From the NCBI GenBank assembly GCA_963746845.1, contig CAVVCZ010000005.1:352001-416000 (forward strand): a DNA stretch of 64,000 nt, given 5' to 3'. The DNA is from an uncultured Chloroflexia bacterium. Its GTDB lineage: Bacteria; Chloroflexota; Limnocylindria; Limnocylindrales; CSP1-4. This document shows positions 18,065 to 28,215 of the stretch, one piece after another. A program made the translations under genes and the position numbers. Below the pieces are notes generated by a model that had not been told where the DNA came from, did no database searches, and saw nothing but the letters and a program-made list of their open reading frames with translations. Numbering within the stretch: the stretch's first letter is position 1; each line of letters opens with the position of its first letter.

Positions 18065-19381
18065 TCAGAGCAGTGGCGAGATCGCCGACATCACCGCGTT
18101 GATCGCCCGCTCCTTCCGGCCCACCGGCATCACGGCCGGTGTCGCGATCTCCATGTCCCGGTCGAACAGCTCGCGCGCGAACCGGTCGGCGACGGCCGGA
18201 TCGACGATCCGGAGCTGGAGCTCCCAGTTCTGGCGAAGGCTCAGGGCGTCGAGGTTGGCCGTGCCGGCGAGAACGGTATCGTCCGATAGGACGACCTTCG
18301 CGTGGGCCATCTCGGGATGCTCGCGCAGGTCGACCCCGGCGTCGCGCAGCGCCCGGAACCAATGCCGGACCGAGCCGCTCGCGGGCAGCGAATGCGGGTT
18401 CGACGGCACGATGACCCGGACGTCGACGCCGCGCTCGCCCGCGTCGATGAGACCGCGCAGGATCCCGTGATCGGACAGGTACGGCGAGATGACATAGAGC
18501 CGTCGACGCGCGTCGCGGACGGCCGCCCGGAACGCCTCGGTGATCGGGTGATGGCCTTCGCCGGGATTGTTGAGAAGGATCTCCATCGGGACGCCCGCGG
18601 CGTCGGCCGCGTCCGCGCCGGCGACCTCCGCAGGAAAGAATCGATCGAGGCCGGCCGGCGCCGGGGGCAACGGCCCGCCCTGGAACCGCCACGACAGCAG
18701 GAACACCGCCTGGAGCTGGGCGACGATCGGTCCCTCGAGGCGGAGCATCAGGTCGTGCGTGCCGGTCGCGTAGTGGTCCTCGATCCCCGGTCCGCCGACG
18801 TAGCCGACCCGCCCGTCGACGATGACGACCTTGCGGTGGTCGAAGTGGCCGAAGTCGTCGAACCGCCAGTCGATCCGGCGCTGGCCGAGGAGCCCGTCGA
18901 GATCGACGAACCCGCCCTGGTTGGCCACGACCTGGACGCCACCCGCGACGAGTGATGCGTAGAACTCCTTCGAGCCGAGACCGGGCTGGCTGAACGCCGC
19001 CTCGGTGATGACCCGGACGCCCACGCCGGCCTGCGCCTTGCGGACGAGAAGATCGCGGAACTGGTTGCCGATCTCACCGGCCTTGAAGCCGAAGATCAGG
19101 ATGTGGATGTCGGTCTCGGCGGTCTCGATGTCGGCGAGCATGCTCGGAAAGAACGACGCTCCGTCGATCAGCAGGTCCCAGCGCGTCGCCCGGGCCGGCG
19201 CGAAGTCCAGGGTCAGCTCGCTGCGGCGCGCGCGCCTGCCCAGCGAGGCAGCGACGATCGCGCGCGCCTCGGGCGGGGCGACGGGTGGCGGCGGAGGGGC
19301 GTGCCGCGGGCCGATCAGGCGGCGGGCGGCCAGCGCCGCGCCGACACCGGCTGCAGCAGCGGCGACGATGCGGGGTCTCAC
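18065..19381 (-). CDS. Phospholipase D / cardiolipin synthase-like protein
   Basis: Two HKD motifs DHRKVVIVD and AHAKVVLSD...GTANLD. Confidence 0.9.
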   Translation of the reverse strand: MRPRIVAAAAAGVGAALAARRLIGPRHAPPPPPVAPPEARAIVAASLGRRARRSELTLDFAPARATRWDLLIDGASFFPSMLADIETAETDIHILIFGFKAGEIGNQFRDLLVRKAQAGVGVRVITEAAFSQPGLGSKEFYASLVAGGVQVVANQGGFVDLDGLLGQRRIDWRFDDFGHFDHRKVVIVDGRVGYVGGPGIEDHYATGTHDLMLRLEGPIVAQLQAVFLLSWRFQGGPLPPAPAGLDRFFPAEVAGADAADAAGVPMEILLNNPGEGHHPITEAFRAAVRDARRRLYVISPYLSDHGILRGLIDAGERGVDVRVIVPSNPHSLPASGSVRHWFRALRDAGVDLREHPEMAHAKVVLSDDTVLAGTANLDALSLRQNWELQLRIVDPAVADRFARELFDRDMEIATPAVMPVGRKERAINAVMSAISPLL

Positions 19382-19468
19382 GATGGCGAAGCGTACGTCG
19401 TGCGGAGGCCATCGAGTCGGGCGATCGAGTCGCTACTCTGTGGAGGGCTGCAACGCAGGGCGGAGGCC

Positions 19469-20665
19469 ATGGGACCGAACACCGATCCAGACGGCGCTGC
19501 GGACGGCGCCGTCACGAGCGACCCGGCCGGAGACCACGACGCGGCGCCGGCCGCGACCGATCCGGACCTGCCCGCGGATTCCGACGAGCCCGGCGGGTCC
19601 GGCCCGGCGGCCCCGTCGCGCAGGGCGGCGCTGCTGCGGTCCGGGTTCATCGTCCTGGTCCTGTTCATCGTCTTCGGCCTGATCCTGCCGCGCTTCGTCG
19701 ACTACCAGGAGGTCGCCGCGTCGCTGGCGGCCCTCACGATCGAGCAGATTGCCGTGATGACCGTCCTCGGGCTGATCGCATGGTTCGTCTGCGGCCAGCT
19801 GTTCACGGTCCTCATCCCCGGGATCACCCCGATCCGGGGGAACGTCGCCTACCTCATCCTGTCGGGGATCGGTTCCAGCATCCCGTTCGGGCCGTGGAAC
19901 ATGGGCGTGGTCTGGGTCGTGCTGCGCGGCTGGGGGATCCCGCTGCCGGACGCGACAACCGGCATCGCGCTGTACGGGATCATCAACACCCTGGCCCGGT
20001 TCGCCCTGCCGGTCCTGGCGATCGGCGTGATCCTCGCGACGGGCGACCTGAACGGTGGCCGGCAGGCCGCACTGGTCATCTCGATCATCAGCGGCATCAT
20101 CTTCGTGGTGGCGGTCGTCGTGATGCTGTCGGTCGTTCGGTCCGACGCCGCTGCCGATCGCGTGGCCCGGATCATCACCCGGTTCGTCACGTGGATCCTC
20201 ACGAAGTTCCGGCGGACGGAGCGTCCGGACGTCGACGGCTCCATCCACCGCTTCCGCGACAGCGTCGGCGAGGTCGTGCGGCAACGCGGTCTCCTGGGCC
20301 TCGGCGTGACGCTCTTCGCCCAGGTTCCGTGGTCGATCGCCTTCGTCACCGCGCTGCGCTTCACGGGCGTACCCGCGGACGTCATCTCGGCCGGCGAGAT
20401 CATCGGCGTGTTCGCGCTGGTCGCCGTCATCACGATCATCCCGATCGCGCCGGGCGGCGCGGGCGTGCCCGAGCTGCTCTACATCGCCGGCCTGACGGCC
20501 ATCGCCGGGCCGGGCTGGGAGGCGCAGATCACGGCCGGCGTCTTCCTGTTCCGCCTGTACGTGTGGTTCCTGCCGATCCCCCTCGCCTGGATCCTCCTGA
20601 AGATCGTCCGGCGCGGGAAGCCGATGCTGCCGACGACGGTCGAGCTTCGGTCGTACGCGGCATAG
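19469..20665 (+). CDS. Lysylphosphatidylglycerol synthase TM (flippase-like, UPF0104) membrane protein
   Basis: GGAGG RBS before ATG 19469; multiple TM helices; IPIAPGGAGVPE...VFLFRL motif. Confidence 0.8.
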   Translation: MGPNTDPDGAADGAVTSDPAGDHDAAPAATDPDLPADSDEPGGSGPAAPSRRAALLRSGFIVLVLFIVFGLILPRFVDYQEVAASLAALTIEQIAVMTVLGLIAWFVCGQLFTVLIPGITPIRGNVAYLILSGIGSSIPFGPWNMGVVWVVLRGWGIPLPDATTGIALYGIINTLARFALPVLAIGVILATGDLNGGRQAALVISIISGIIFVVAVVVMLSVVRSDAAADRVARIITRFVTWILTKFRRTERPDVDGSIHRFRDSVGEVVRQRGLLGLGVTLFAQVPWSIAFVTALRFTGVPADVISAGEIIGVFALVAVITIIPIAPGGAGVPELLYIAGLTAIAGPGWEAQITAGVFLFRLYVWFLPIPLAWILLKIVRRGKPMLPTTVELRSYAA

Positions 20666-20695
20666 GCGACGGACCGCGACGGCCGGAGTCGTGAC

Positions 20696-21838
20696 GTGAC
20701 CGCCGACCTCCCGCCTCGCCCGACCGGATCCGGCCCGTCGCTCGTCCCGCGCTGGGTCCGCGGAAACACGAACCTCTTCGCGATGCTCGTCACGGCCGTG
20801 ATGGTCGGGATCGGGCTCTTCCTGATCGGCTGGCTCGCCCCGGTCCTCGCGCCGATGGGCCTCGGCCTGTTCATGGCCGCGCTCGCGGCCCCGCTGTTCA
20901 CCCGGCTCGAGGCACGTGGGCGATCGGCGGGGCTGGCCCTGGTCGTGACGATCGGCGTTCTCCTCGCGGTTGCCGTCGGCCTCGTCGCGCTGGCGCTGAC
21001 CGGCGGGCGCGCGCTCATCGACGGGATCGCGACCTACTCGAGCGAGCTGCAGTCCCGCTATCCCTCGGCAACGGAGACCCTCGCGACGAGCGGGGTCCTG
21101 GCGCTCCTCCGCGACATCCTGCCGCCCGAGGTGCTCACGAGCGTCCTCGGGGCGGTAGCCGGGATCCTGATCACGATCGGGCAGAGCCTCGTGTTCGCCA
21201 CGATCGTCGCCGCCCTGTTGCTCCTCGACGGTCAGCGTCTGTCACGCCTGGCGTCCGGTGGGTTGGGCAGCCAGAATCCGGTCTTCCGCGAGACGCCGGC
21301 GATCGCCCGGGCCGCGGTCACGTACTTCGTGGTCCGGATCCGCGTCAACGCGGTCACGGCCGCGGGCTTCCTGATCCTGCTGCTCGTGCTCGGTGTGGAC
21401 GACGCCCTGCTGTGGGCCGTCTGCGCCTTCTTCCTGAGCTTCGTCCCGTACCTCGGTCTCGTGCTCGCGATGATCCCTCCCGCCGTCCTCGCGCTGGCCG
21501 AGTCCGGGCCGCTGGCGGCCGCGACGGTCGTCGCCGGCGTGACGGTCCTCAATCTCGTCGCGGAGAACGTGCTCGAGCCCACCCTGACCGGCCGAGCGCT
21601 GCACCTGTCCACCTGGCTCGTCTTCACGATGTTCTTCTTCTGGGTCTGGCTGATCGGACCCGTCGGAGCCCTGCTGTCGATGCCGATCACCGTGCTCGTC
21701 GTGCTCGTCCTCCAGCACAACCCGCGGACGGAGTGGCTCGCCGCCCTGCTCGCCAACGCGCCGGAGCCCGATCAGCCGGGCGGGGCGCCGGTGTCTCCCG
21801 CCCATCGCCCGGACCGTCCGGAGGCGCAACGCGATTAG
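20696..21838 (+). CDS. AI-2E family transporter
   Basis: About 8 TM; SFVPYLG, ENVLEP, WLIGPVGALLSMPIT. Confidence 0.88.
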   Translation: MTADLPPRPTGSGPSLVPRWVRGNTNLFAMLVTAVMVGIGLFLIGWLAPVLAPMGLGLFMAALAAPLFTRLEARGRSAGLALVVTIGVLLAVAVGLVALALTGGRALIDGIATYSSELQSRYPSATETLATSGVLALLRDILPPEVLTSVLGAVAGILITIGQSLVFATIVAALLLLDGQRLSRLASGGLGSQNPVFRETPAIARAAVTYFVVRIRVNAVTAAGFLILLLVLGVDDALLWAVCAFFLSFVPYLGLVLAMIPPAVLALAESGPLAAATVVAGVTVLNLVAENVLEPTLTGRALHLSTWLVFTMFFFWVWLIGPVGALLSMPITVLVVLVLQHNPRTEWLAALLANAPEPDQPGGAPVSPAHRPDRPEAQRD

Positions 21839-21847
21839 GCTGCCCCC

Positions 21848-22972
21848 ATGACCCAGCCATCGATCGATCCCCGGTTCCACATGCCGGCCCGCCGCGTCCT
21901 GGTGCTGGGGCTGTTCATCGTTGCCGTGTTCTGGTTCGCCCGGCCCGTCCTCCTCCCGTTCATCGTCGGGGCCCTGATCGCCTACGCGTTCTCGCCCTAC
22001 ATCGATCGGGTCCAGGCCCGGACCGGCCGGTCCCGGCTGCTGATCGTGGCTGCCTGCTATGGGGCCGGCGTCGTCATCCTGGTCGCGATCGTGGCCGCGT
22101 TCGCCGGGCCGGTCTCGCGCGAGGTGGGGCTCCTCATCCGGAGCGGGCCGGACGCGCTCGAGACGGCGCTCCGCCAGCTGTTCGGCGGGGACAGCGTCAC
22201 GATCGGCGATCGGACGCTGACGGTGGAGGAGCTCGCGACCCAGCTCCAGACTGCGGTCAACGCCTTCCTCCAGACGCCGGAGGGCGCCCTGCGGGCGGCC
22301 GAGCAGCTCCTCCATGGAACCCTCGACGTGCTCCTGACGGCGATCGTCACCTTCTTCCTGTTGCTCGACGGCGGACGGTTCGGCGCGACCGCGTTGCGCT
22401 TCGCGGACCCCGCGGACCGGGTCCAGATGCAGGAGGTGGCGGCACGGATCCATGTGGTCGTCGGGCAGTGGCTGCGGGGCCAGCTGGTTCTCGTGGTGTT
22501 CGTCGCCGTGGTCGTGACCCTGGTCCTCGGGCCGATCCTCCACCTCCCGAATGCCGCCGCACTCGGGGTGATGACCGGCGTGCTCGAGGTGATCACGTTC
22601 ATCGGCCCGTTGATCGCCGGCGCGGTTGTCGGGATCGTCGCCCTCTCGAGCGGCGGTCCGACGGTCGCGATCGCGGCGATCGTCTTCCTGTTCGTGCTCC
22701 GCCAGATCGAGGATGTCCTGATCATGCCGAACGTGCTCGGCCGGGCGGTCCACCTGCACCCGCTGGTCGCGCTGTTCGCGGTCGTCGTCGGCTCGACGGC
22801 GTTCGGCATCGTCGGGACGTTCCTGGCCCTGCCGGTCGCGGCAGGCATCAACGTCGCCCTGCACGAGTTCTTTCCGGAGGAGCTCGGCGCCCTCCCGGAC
22901 GGACGCGCGAAGGCCGAACTCGCGAATCCGGACGACGGAACGACGATCACGGAGCCTCGGTCGGCGACCTGA
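21848..22972 (+). CDS. AI-2E family transporter
   Basis: WLRGQL, ITFIGP, RQIEDVLIMPNVLGRAVHLHP, FGIVGTFLALPVA. Confidence 0.9.
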   Translation: MTQPSIDPRFHMPARRVLVLGLFIVAVFWFARPVLLPFIVGALIAYAFSPYIDRVQARTGRSRLLIVAACYGAGVVILVAIVAAFAGPVSREVGLLIRSGPDALETALRQLFGGDSVTIGDRTLTVEELATQLQTAVNAFLQTPEGALRAAEQLLHGTLDVLLTAIVTFFLLLDGGRFGATALRFADPADRVQMQEVAARIHVVVGQWLRGQLVLVVFVAVVVTLVLGPILHLPNAAALGVMTGVLEVITFIGPLIAGAVVGIVALSSGGPTVAIAAIVFLFVLRQIEDVLIMPNVLGRAVHLHPLVALFAVVVGSTAFGIVGTFLALPVAAGINVALHEFFPEELGALPDGRAKAELANPDDGTTITEPRSAT

Positions 22973-23024
22973 ACCCGGCCGGAGCCGGGTGGTCGGGCGC
23001 CCGACTCACGCCGGGAGGGTGGTT

Positions 23025-23063
23025 GCGGGCCGGGCCGTGGGAGGAGGACCCGGCCCGGCCCGC
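23025..23063 (-). terminator. 13-bp hairpin after araA with GGUCCUCCUCCCA loop on the ara mRNA strand; lies between convergent genes
   Basis: GCGGGCCGGGCCG (23025-23037) / CGGCCCGGCCCGC (23051-23063); plus-strand loop TGGGAGGAGGACC. Confidence 0.65.
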
Positions 23064-23071
23064 TGGGACGT

Positions 23072-24604
23072 TCAGAGCCCGTTGGCGAGGTGGTAGTAGA
23101 CGTCGTTCCAGCGGAGCTGGTCGCGGAGCCGGTCGAGCCGGGTCTCCTCGTCGATCAGGACGAACTCGACGCGGGACATCGAGGCGAAGTCGGCGAGCTG
23201 CTCCGGAGTGACCGCGTAGCCGAAGCCCGTGTGGTGCGAGCCGCCGGCGTAGATCCAGCCGGCAGCGTTGGTCGCGAGGTCCGGGCGCGGCTTCCAGACC
23301 GCCCGGGCGACCGGCAGACGCGGCAGCGGCTCGGGCGGGTCGATGACTTCGACGACCGTCGCCACGAGCCGGAACCGCTGGCCGAGATCGACGATCGACG
23401 CCGCGACCGCGGCCCCCGGGTGTGCGTCGAACACGAGCCGGACCGGGTCCGCCTTGCCGCCGATCCCGAGTGGGTGGATCTCGATCCGGGCCTTGCGCGC
23501 GGCGATCGACTCGCAGACCTCGAGCATGTGGGCGCCGAGGCTGAGGTCCCCGCTCGGGCTCATGTGGTACGTGTAGTCCTCCATGAAGGACACCCCGCCG
23601 GGCAGCCCGCTCGACATGACCTTCATCGCCCGGACCATCGCCGCGGTCTTCCAGTCGCCCTCGGCGCCGAAGCCGTAGCCGTCGCGCATGAGGCGCTGGA
23701 CGGCGATGCCGGGGAGCTGGGTCAGGCCATGGAGGTCCTCGAACGTCGTGGTGAAGCTCGAGAAGCCACCGGCGGCGAGGAAGCGGCGCAGCCCGACCTC
23801 GATCCGGGCCGCGTCGCGCAGCGAGCCGGCACGCTCGGCGCCGGGACAGAGCACCGGGTCGATCTCGTACTCGTCGATGTATGTCGCGATCAGCCCGTCG
23901 ACCTCGGCGTCGGTGGTCTCGTCGATCACCGCGACGAGGTCGCCGACGCCGAACGTGTCGACCCGGAAGCCGAGCCGGCGCGTCGCCTCCACCTTGTCGC
24001 CCTCGGTCACGGCGACGTCACGCATGTTGTCGCCGAACCGGGCGATCCGGCCGGTCTCCCAGTCGCGCTTCGCGGCCGCGGCCCGGGCCCATGCGCCGAC
24101 GCGCTCGTGCACATCGGGCTCGGTCCAGTGACCGGCGACGACCTTGTGCTCGATCCGCATCCGTGCGGCCATGAACCCGAACTCGCGGTCGCCATGGGCG
24201 GCCTGGTTCAGGTTCATGAAGTCCATGTCGATCGTGTCCCACGGGATCTCGCCGTGGTATTGCGTGTGCAGGTGAAGGAGCGGCCGCTGGAGCGACGCCA
24301 GACCGCCGATCCACATCTTGGCCGGCGAGAACGTGTGCATCCAGGCGACGATGCCGATGCAGCGCGGCGAGGCGTTGGCCTCGAGGAACAGGGATCGGAT
24401 CCCGTCGGCAGCGGTGACGACGGGCTTCGCCACGACCCGGACGGGGATCGCCGCGGCGGCGTCCAGGGTCGCCGCGACGGACGCGGCGTGCTCGGCGACG
24501 GTCTGGAGCGTCTCGGGCCCGTACAGGTGCTGGCTGCCGGTGACGAACCAGACTTCGTACGCCCCGAGGTCGATCATGCCGGGAGGCCTCCCCTCGCTGC
24601 TCAT
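23072..24604 (-). CDS. araA: L-arabinose isomerase
   Basis: VWFVTGSQHLYG, WMHTFSPAKMWI, MNLNQAAHGDREFG, GFGAEGDWK, SFMEDY, GAHMLEV, AGGSHH; ATGA overlap with araD (alternative start 24577). Confidence 0.96.
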   Translation of the reverse strand: MSSEGRPPGMIDLGAYEVWFVTGSQHLYGPETLQTVAEHAASVAATLDAAAAIPVRVVAKPVVTAADGIRSLFLEANASPRCIGIVAWMHTFSPAKMWIGGLASLQRPLLHLHTQYHGEIPWDTIDMDFMNLNQAAHGDREFGFMAARMRIEHKVVAGHWTEPDVHERVGAWARAAAAKRDWETGRIARFGDNMRDVAVTEGDKVEATRRLGFRVDTFGVGDLVAVIDETTDAEVDGLIATYIDEYEIDPVLCPGAERAGSLRDAARIEVGLRRFLAAGGFSSFTTTFEDLHGLTQLPGIAVQRLMRDGYGFGAEGDWKTAAMVRAMKVMSSGLPGGVSFMEDYTYHMSPSGDLSLGAHMLEVCESIAARKARIEIHPLGIGGKADPVRLVFDAHPGAAVAASIVDLGQRFRLVATVVEVIDPPEPLPRLPVARAVWKPRPDLATNAAGWIYAGGSHHTGFGYAVTPEQLADFASMSRVEFVLIDEETRLDRLRDQLRWNDVYYHLANGL

Positions 24605-25245
24605 TGGCCGTACTCGCTCGTGTAGCGCCGATGGAGCCGCTCCACCGCCGCGTCGGGCAGGACCTCGGGGGTCCCGATCTGGAGCGCGGCCCAGACGGTC
24701 GCAGCGATATCCTCGACCATGACGGCGGTCTTGACCGCCGCCTCGGCCGTCGGGCCGACCGTGAAGACGCCGTGCTGCTTCAGCAGGATCGCCGGGCCGC
24801 CCCCGAGGCCGGCGACCACGAGCTCGCCGATCGCGTCGTCGCCGATGAACGCGAAGTCCGCGCACGGGATCTCCCCACCGAGCTCGTCGGCCTGGGCGGT
24901 GAGGTAGACCGGGATCGGACGGCCGACGGCGGCGAACGCGGTGGCGTAGCGCGAATGGGTGTGGACGATCCCGTGCACGTCGGGCCGCTGCCGGTAGATG
25001 TGGAGATGGCTGGCGGTGTCCGACGACGGATGGAACGTCCCCTCGACGATGCGGCCGTCGAGGTCGAGGACGACCATCGACTCGGCGGTCAGGTCCGCAT
25101 AGCGCACGCCGGACGGCTTGATCGCGACGAGGCCCGTCGCGGGGTCACGGACGCTGACGTTGCCGCCCGTCCAGACCACGAGGCGGTGACGCGGCAGCTC
25201 GGCGTGGAGTCGGACGAGCTCCTCGCGGAGCTCCTGCAGGCGCAT
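24601..25245 (-). CDS. araD: L-ribulose-5-phosphate 4-epimerase
   Basis: WTGGNVS, IKPSG, PSSDTASH, VHTHS, QHGVF, C-terminal YGQ; context. Confidence 0.93.
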   Translation of the reverse strand: MRLQELREELVRLHAELPRHRLVVWTGGNVSVRDPATGLVAIKPSGVRYADLTAESMVVLDLDGRIVEGTFHPSSDTASHLHIYRQRPDVHGIVHTHSRYATAFAAVGRPIPVYLTAQADELGGEIPCADFAFIGDDAIGELVVAGLGGGPAILLKQHGVFTVGPTAEAAVKTAVMVEDIAATVWAALQIGTPEVLPDAAVERLHRRYTSEYGQ

Positions 25246-25246
25246 G

Positions 25247-26941
25247 TCAGGCCGGCACCGCGACGGGCCGGGCGGCCATCGCCCGGGCGCGCAGCCCGCG
25301 AAGGACCTTCATCACGTCGTTCTCGCCCCGACCGAAATAGTCGTGGAGCCGGACGTACTCGTGGAACAGGATGTCGTAGACCGCCTGGTTGGCGGGGATC
25401 GGCTCGTAGACGATGTCCTTGAGCCGGGCCATCGACCGGGCGGCGTCGGCGATCGTGGCGGGCCCGCCGGCCTCGACCCCCGCGGCGACCGCCCCGAACA
25501 TCGCGGACCCGAGGGCCGGGGTCTGGTCGGACGCGCTCACCCGGAACGACCGACCCGTGACGTCGGCGTAGACCTGCATCACGAGCGGGCTCTTCTCGGC
25601 CAGACCGCCGCACGCGACCACGTCGTCGATCCGGATCCCGCTCGCCTCGAAGGCGTCGATGATCACGCGCGTCCCGAAGGCGGTCGCCTCGATCAGGGCG
25701 CGGTAGATCTCCTCGGGTGTGGTCGACAGCGTCGCGCCGACCAGCAGGCCGCCGAGCGCGGCGTCGACGAGGATCGACCGGTTCCCGTTCCACCAGTCGA
25801 GGGCGAGCAGCCCGGACTCGCCGGGGGCCTGGCGGCCCGCCTTCTGCTGCAGGAGAGCGTGGATGTCCATCCCGCGGTCGCGGGCCTCGTCGTGGTAGGC
25901 GCCCGGCAGGCAGTTGTCGACGAACCAGCTGAAGTGGTCGCCGACACACGACTGACCGGCCTCGTAGCCGATGTATCCCGGGATGATCCCATCCTCGACC
26001 CGGCCGCACATCCCGGGCACCGTCCGCTCGTCGGCGGACAGGACCATGTGGCACGTCGAGGTGCCCATGATCATCACCATCCGGCCGGGCTCGGTGACCG
26101 TCGCCGCGGGCACCGCGACGTGGGCGTCGACATTGGCGACGGCCACCGCGGTTCCGGGCAGGAGGCCCGTCCAGGCGGCCGCCTGGGCGCACAGCCCGCC
26201 GGCCCGCTCACCCTCCTGGTGCAGGTCGCGCCGCATCTTCTGATCGACGACGTCGGCGAACGCCGGGTCGAGAGCCGCGAAATAGGACCGGTCCGGGAAG
26301 CCATCGCGCTGCGACCACATCGCCTTGTAGCCGGCCGTGCAGGCGTTGCGTGTCTCGACCCCGGTCAGCTGCCACACGACCCAGTCGGTCGCCTCGAGGA
26401 GGCGGTCGGCGGCGGCGTAGATCTCGGGCGCCTCATCGAGGATCTGGAGGGCCTTCGCGAAGAACCACTCCGCCGAGATCTTGCCGCCGTACCGGCTGAG
26501 CCAGGGCTGCCCGGTTTCGCGGGCGACCTCGTTGATCCGGTCCGCCTCGGGCTGCGCCGCATGGTGCTTCCAGAGCTTGACCCAGGCGTGCGGGTTGGCG
26601 TGGTACGCCGGCAGCATCGACAGGGCCGTGCCATCGGCGGTCGCCGGGAGCATCGTGCACGACGTCACGTCGACGCCGATCCCGATGACGTCGGCCGGCT
26701 CGACTGCGGCCTCGCGGATGACGGCGGGGACGGCGGTCTTCAGGACGTCGAGGTAGTCGGCCGGGTCCTGGAGGGCCCAGTCGGGCGGAAGGACGACATC
26801 CGTGTCCGGGAGACGCTGGTCGATGACGCCGTGACGGTACGGTGTGACCGCCGTCGCGACCTGCCGGCCGTCGCCCACGTCCACGAGCACGGCACGGCCC
26901 GACTCGGTCCCGAAGTCGACTCCGATCGCGTACCGGCTCAC
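25247..26941 (-). CDS. araB: L-ribulokinase
   Basis: IGVDFGTESGRA, WKHHAAQ, YGGKISAEW, AGYKAMW, MGTSTCH, DWWNGNRS, ATAFGTR. Confidence 0.95.
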   Translation of the reverse strand: MSRYAIGVDFGTESGRAVLVDVGDGRQVATAVTPYRHGVIDQRLPDTDVVLPPDWALQDPADYLDVLKTAVPAVIREAAVEPADVIGIGVDVTSCTMLPATADGTALSMLPAYHANPHAWVKLWKHHAAQPEADRINEVARETGQPWLSRYGGKISAEWFFAKALQILDEAPEIYAAADRLLEATDWVVWQLTGVETRNACTAGYKAMWSQRDGFPDRSYFAALDPAFADVVDQKMRRDLHQEGERAGGLCAQAAAWTGLLPGTAVAVANVDAHVAVPAATVTEPGRMVMIMGTSTCHMVLSADERTVPGMCGRVEDGIIPGYIGYEAGQSCVGDHFSWFVDNCLPGAYHDEARDRGMDIHALLQQKAGRQAPGESGLLALDWWNGNRSILVDAALGGLLVGATLSTTPEEIYRALIEATAFGTRVIIDAFEASGIRIDDVVACGGLAEKSPLVMQVYADVTGRSFRVSASDQTPALGSAMFGAVAAGVEAGGPATIADAARSMARLKDIVYEPIPANQAVYDILFHEYVRLHDYFGRGENDVMKVLRGLRARAMAARPVAVPA

Positions 26942-27029
26942 CGATGCTCCTCTAGACTCGTCCGAGGCCGTCGCCAGCAGGGAGTCGAACGTCGCCGGCG
27001 ATCGCCACTTGTGATCCGGCCCGGCTCCC

Positions 27030-27054
27030 GTTACCGTTCCCGCTAACGTTCACA
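27030..27054. promoter_or_regulatory. Candidate LacI-type operator array between araB and the LacI gene
   Basis: Minus strand GTGAAC-GTTAGC-GGGAAC-GGTAAC hexamer array; same units as the array at 28355-28383. Confidence 0.6.
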
Positions 27055-27111
27055 TCGGCGGTACCGTACCATCCGGGCCGACGTGAGGCAAGGCCGCAGT
27101 CGATCTTGGGG

Positions 27112-28215
27112 ATGTCAGGCGTGCAGGATCAAAGCCGGATCACGATCAAGGAGATCGCCCGCATGTGCGGCGTCTCGACGCAAACGGTGTCGCGGGTCAT
27201 CAACAAGCGACCCGACGTCTCGCCCGAGACGCGGCGCGCGGTCGAGGCAGCGATCGCAGCCACCGGCTTCCAGCCCAGCGCGGTCGCCCGCAGCCTGGTC
27301 CAGCGCCGATCCCAGACGCTCGGCGTCATCGTCGCGGGGCTGCGCTATTTCGGCGTCGCCCAGACGCTCAACGGGATCACCGAGGAATCGCAGGCGGCGG
27401 GCTACGGGGTTTTGCTGCGCGAGATCGACAGCACCGAGACGGTCGACATCGGTCCCGTCGTCGAGTTCCTGGTCGCCCACCGGGTCGAGGGGATCATCTT
27501 CGCCGTGCCCCAGCTCGGGAACAACGTGGCGACCGTCCGCGCTCAGCTCCCGAGCGCGTCACCGCCGGTCGTCTTCCTGAAGTCCGACGCGTCGCCGGCG
27601 TTCTCGACGATCGGCATCGACAACTACGGCGGCGCCCGGATGGCGACCGGGCACCTGCTTGCCCTCGGTCGGACGCGGATCGGCCACCTGGCCGGACCGA
27701 TGAACTGGCGCGAGGCCGAGGATCGCCACGACGGCTGGCGTGACGCGTTGCGCGAGGCCGGCGTCGAGCCGGGCCCGATCGTCGCCGGGAACTGGACCCC
27801 GGCCAGCGGCGAGGCCGCGTTCGACCGGCTCCTGGCGCAGGATCCGGAGCTGGACGGGATCTTCGCGGCGAACGACCAGATGGCGCTCGGGTTCCTGTAC
27901 GCGGCCCACGCCCGGGGCGTCTCGATCCCGGACGACATCGCCGTGGTCGGGTTCGACGGCCTCGACGAAGGGGCTCATTTCACGCCGTCGCTGACCACGG
28001 TGGTCCAGCCACTGCGCGAGCTCGGAGAGCTGGCCGTGCGCGAAGTGTTGTCGATCTCGGGAGCTGCACACGAGGAGGGATCCGTCCGGAGCCTGATGCT
28101 CGGGACGGAGCTCGTCGTGCGGGAGAGCGCGCCGACGGTGGCGCGCCCGGCAGGATCCGGTCCTGTCCGGTTCGTTCGCGTCACGCGGGCTGCCCGCCGC
28201 ACCGAGTCCGGTTAG
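27112..28215 (+). CDS. LacI family transcriptional regulator (arabinose regulon)
   Basis: ITIKEIARMCGVSTQTVSRVIN HTH; IFAANDQMALG, VVGFDG, PSLTTVVQP; divergent from araBDA. Confidence 0.93.
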   Translation: MSGVQDQSRITIKEIARMCGVSTQTVSRVINKRPDVSPETRRAVEAAIAATGFQPSAVARSLVQRRSQTLGVIVAGLRYFGVAQTLNGITEESQAAGYGVLLREIDSTETVDIGPVVEFLVAHRVEGIIFAVPQLGNNVATVRAQLPSASPPVVFLKSDASPAFSTIGIDNYGGARMATGHLLALGRTRIGHLAGPMNWREAEDRHDGWRDALREAGVEPGPIVAGNWTPASGEAAFDRLLAQDPELDGIFAANDQMALGFLYAAHARGVSIPDDIAVVGFDGLDEGAHFTPSLTTVVQPLRELGELAVREVLSISGAAHEEGSVRSLMLGTELVVRESAPTVARPAGSGPVRFVRVTRAARRTESG

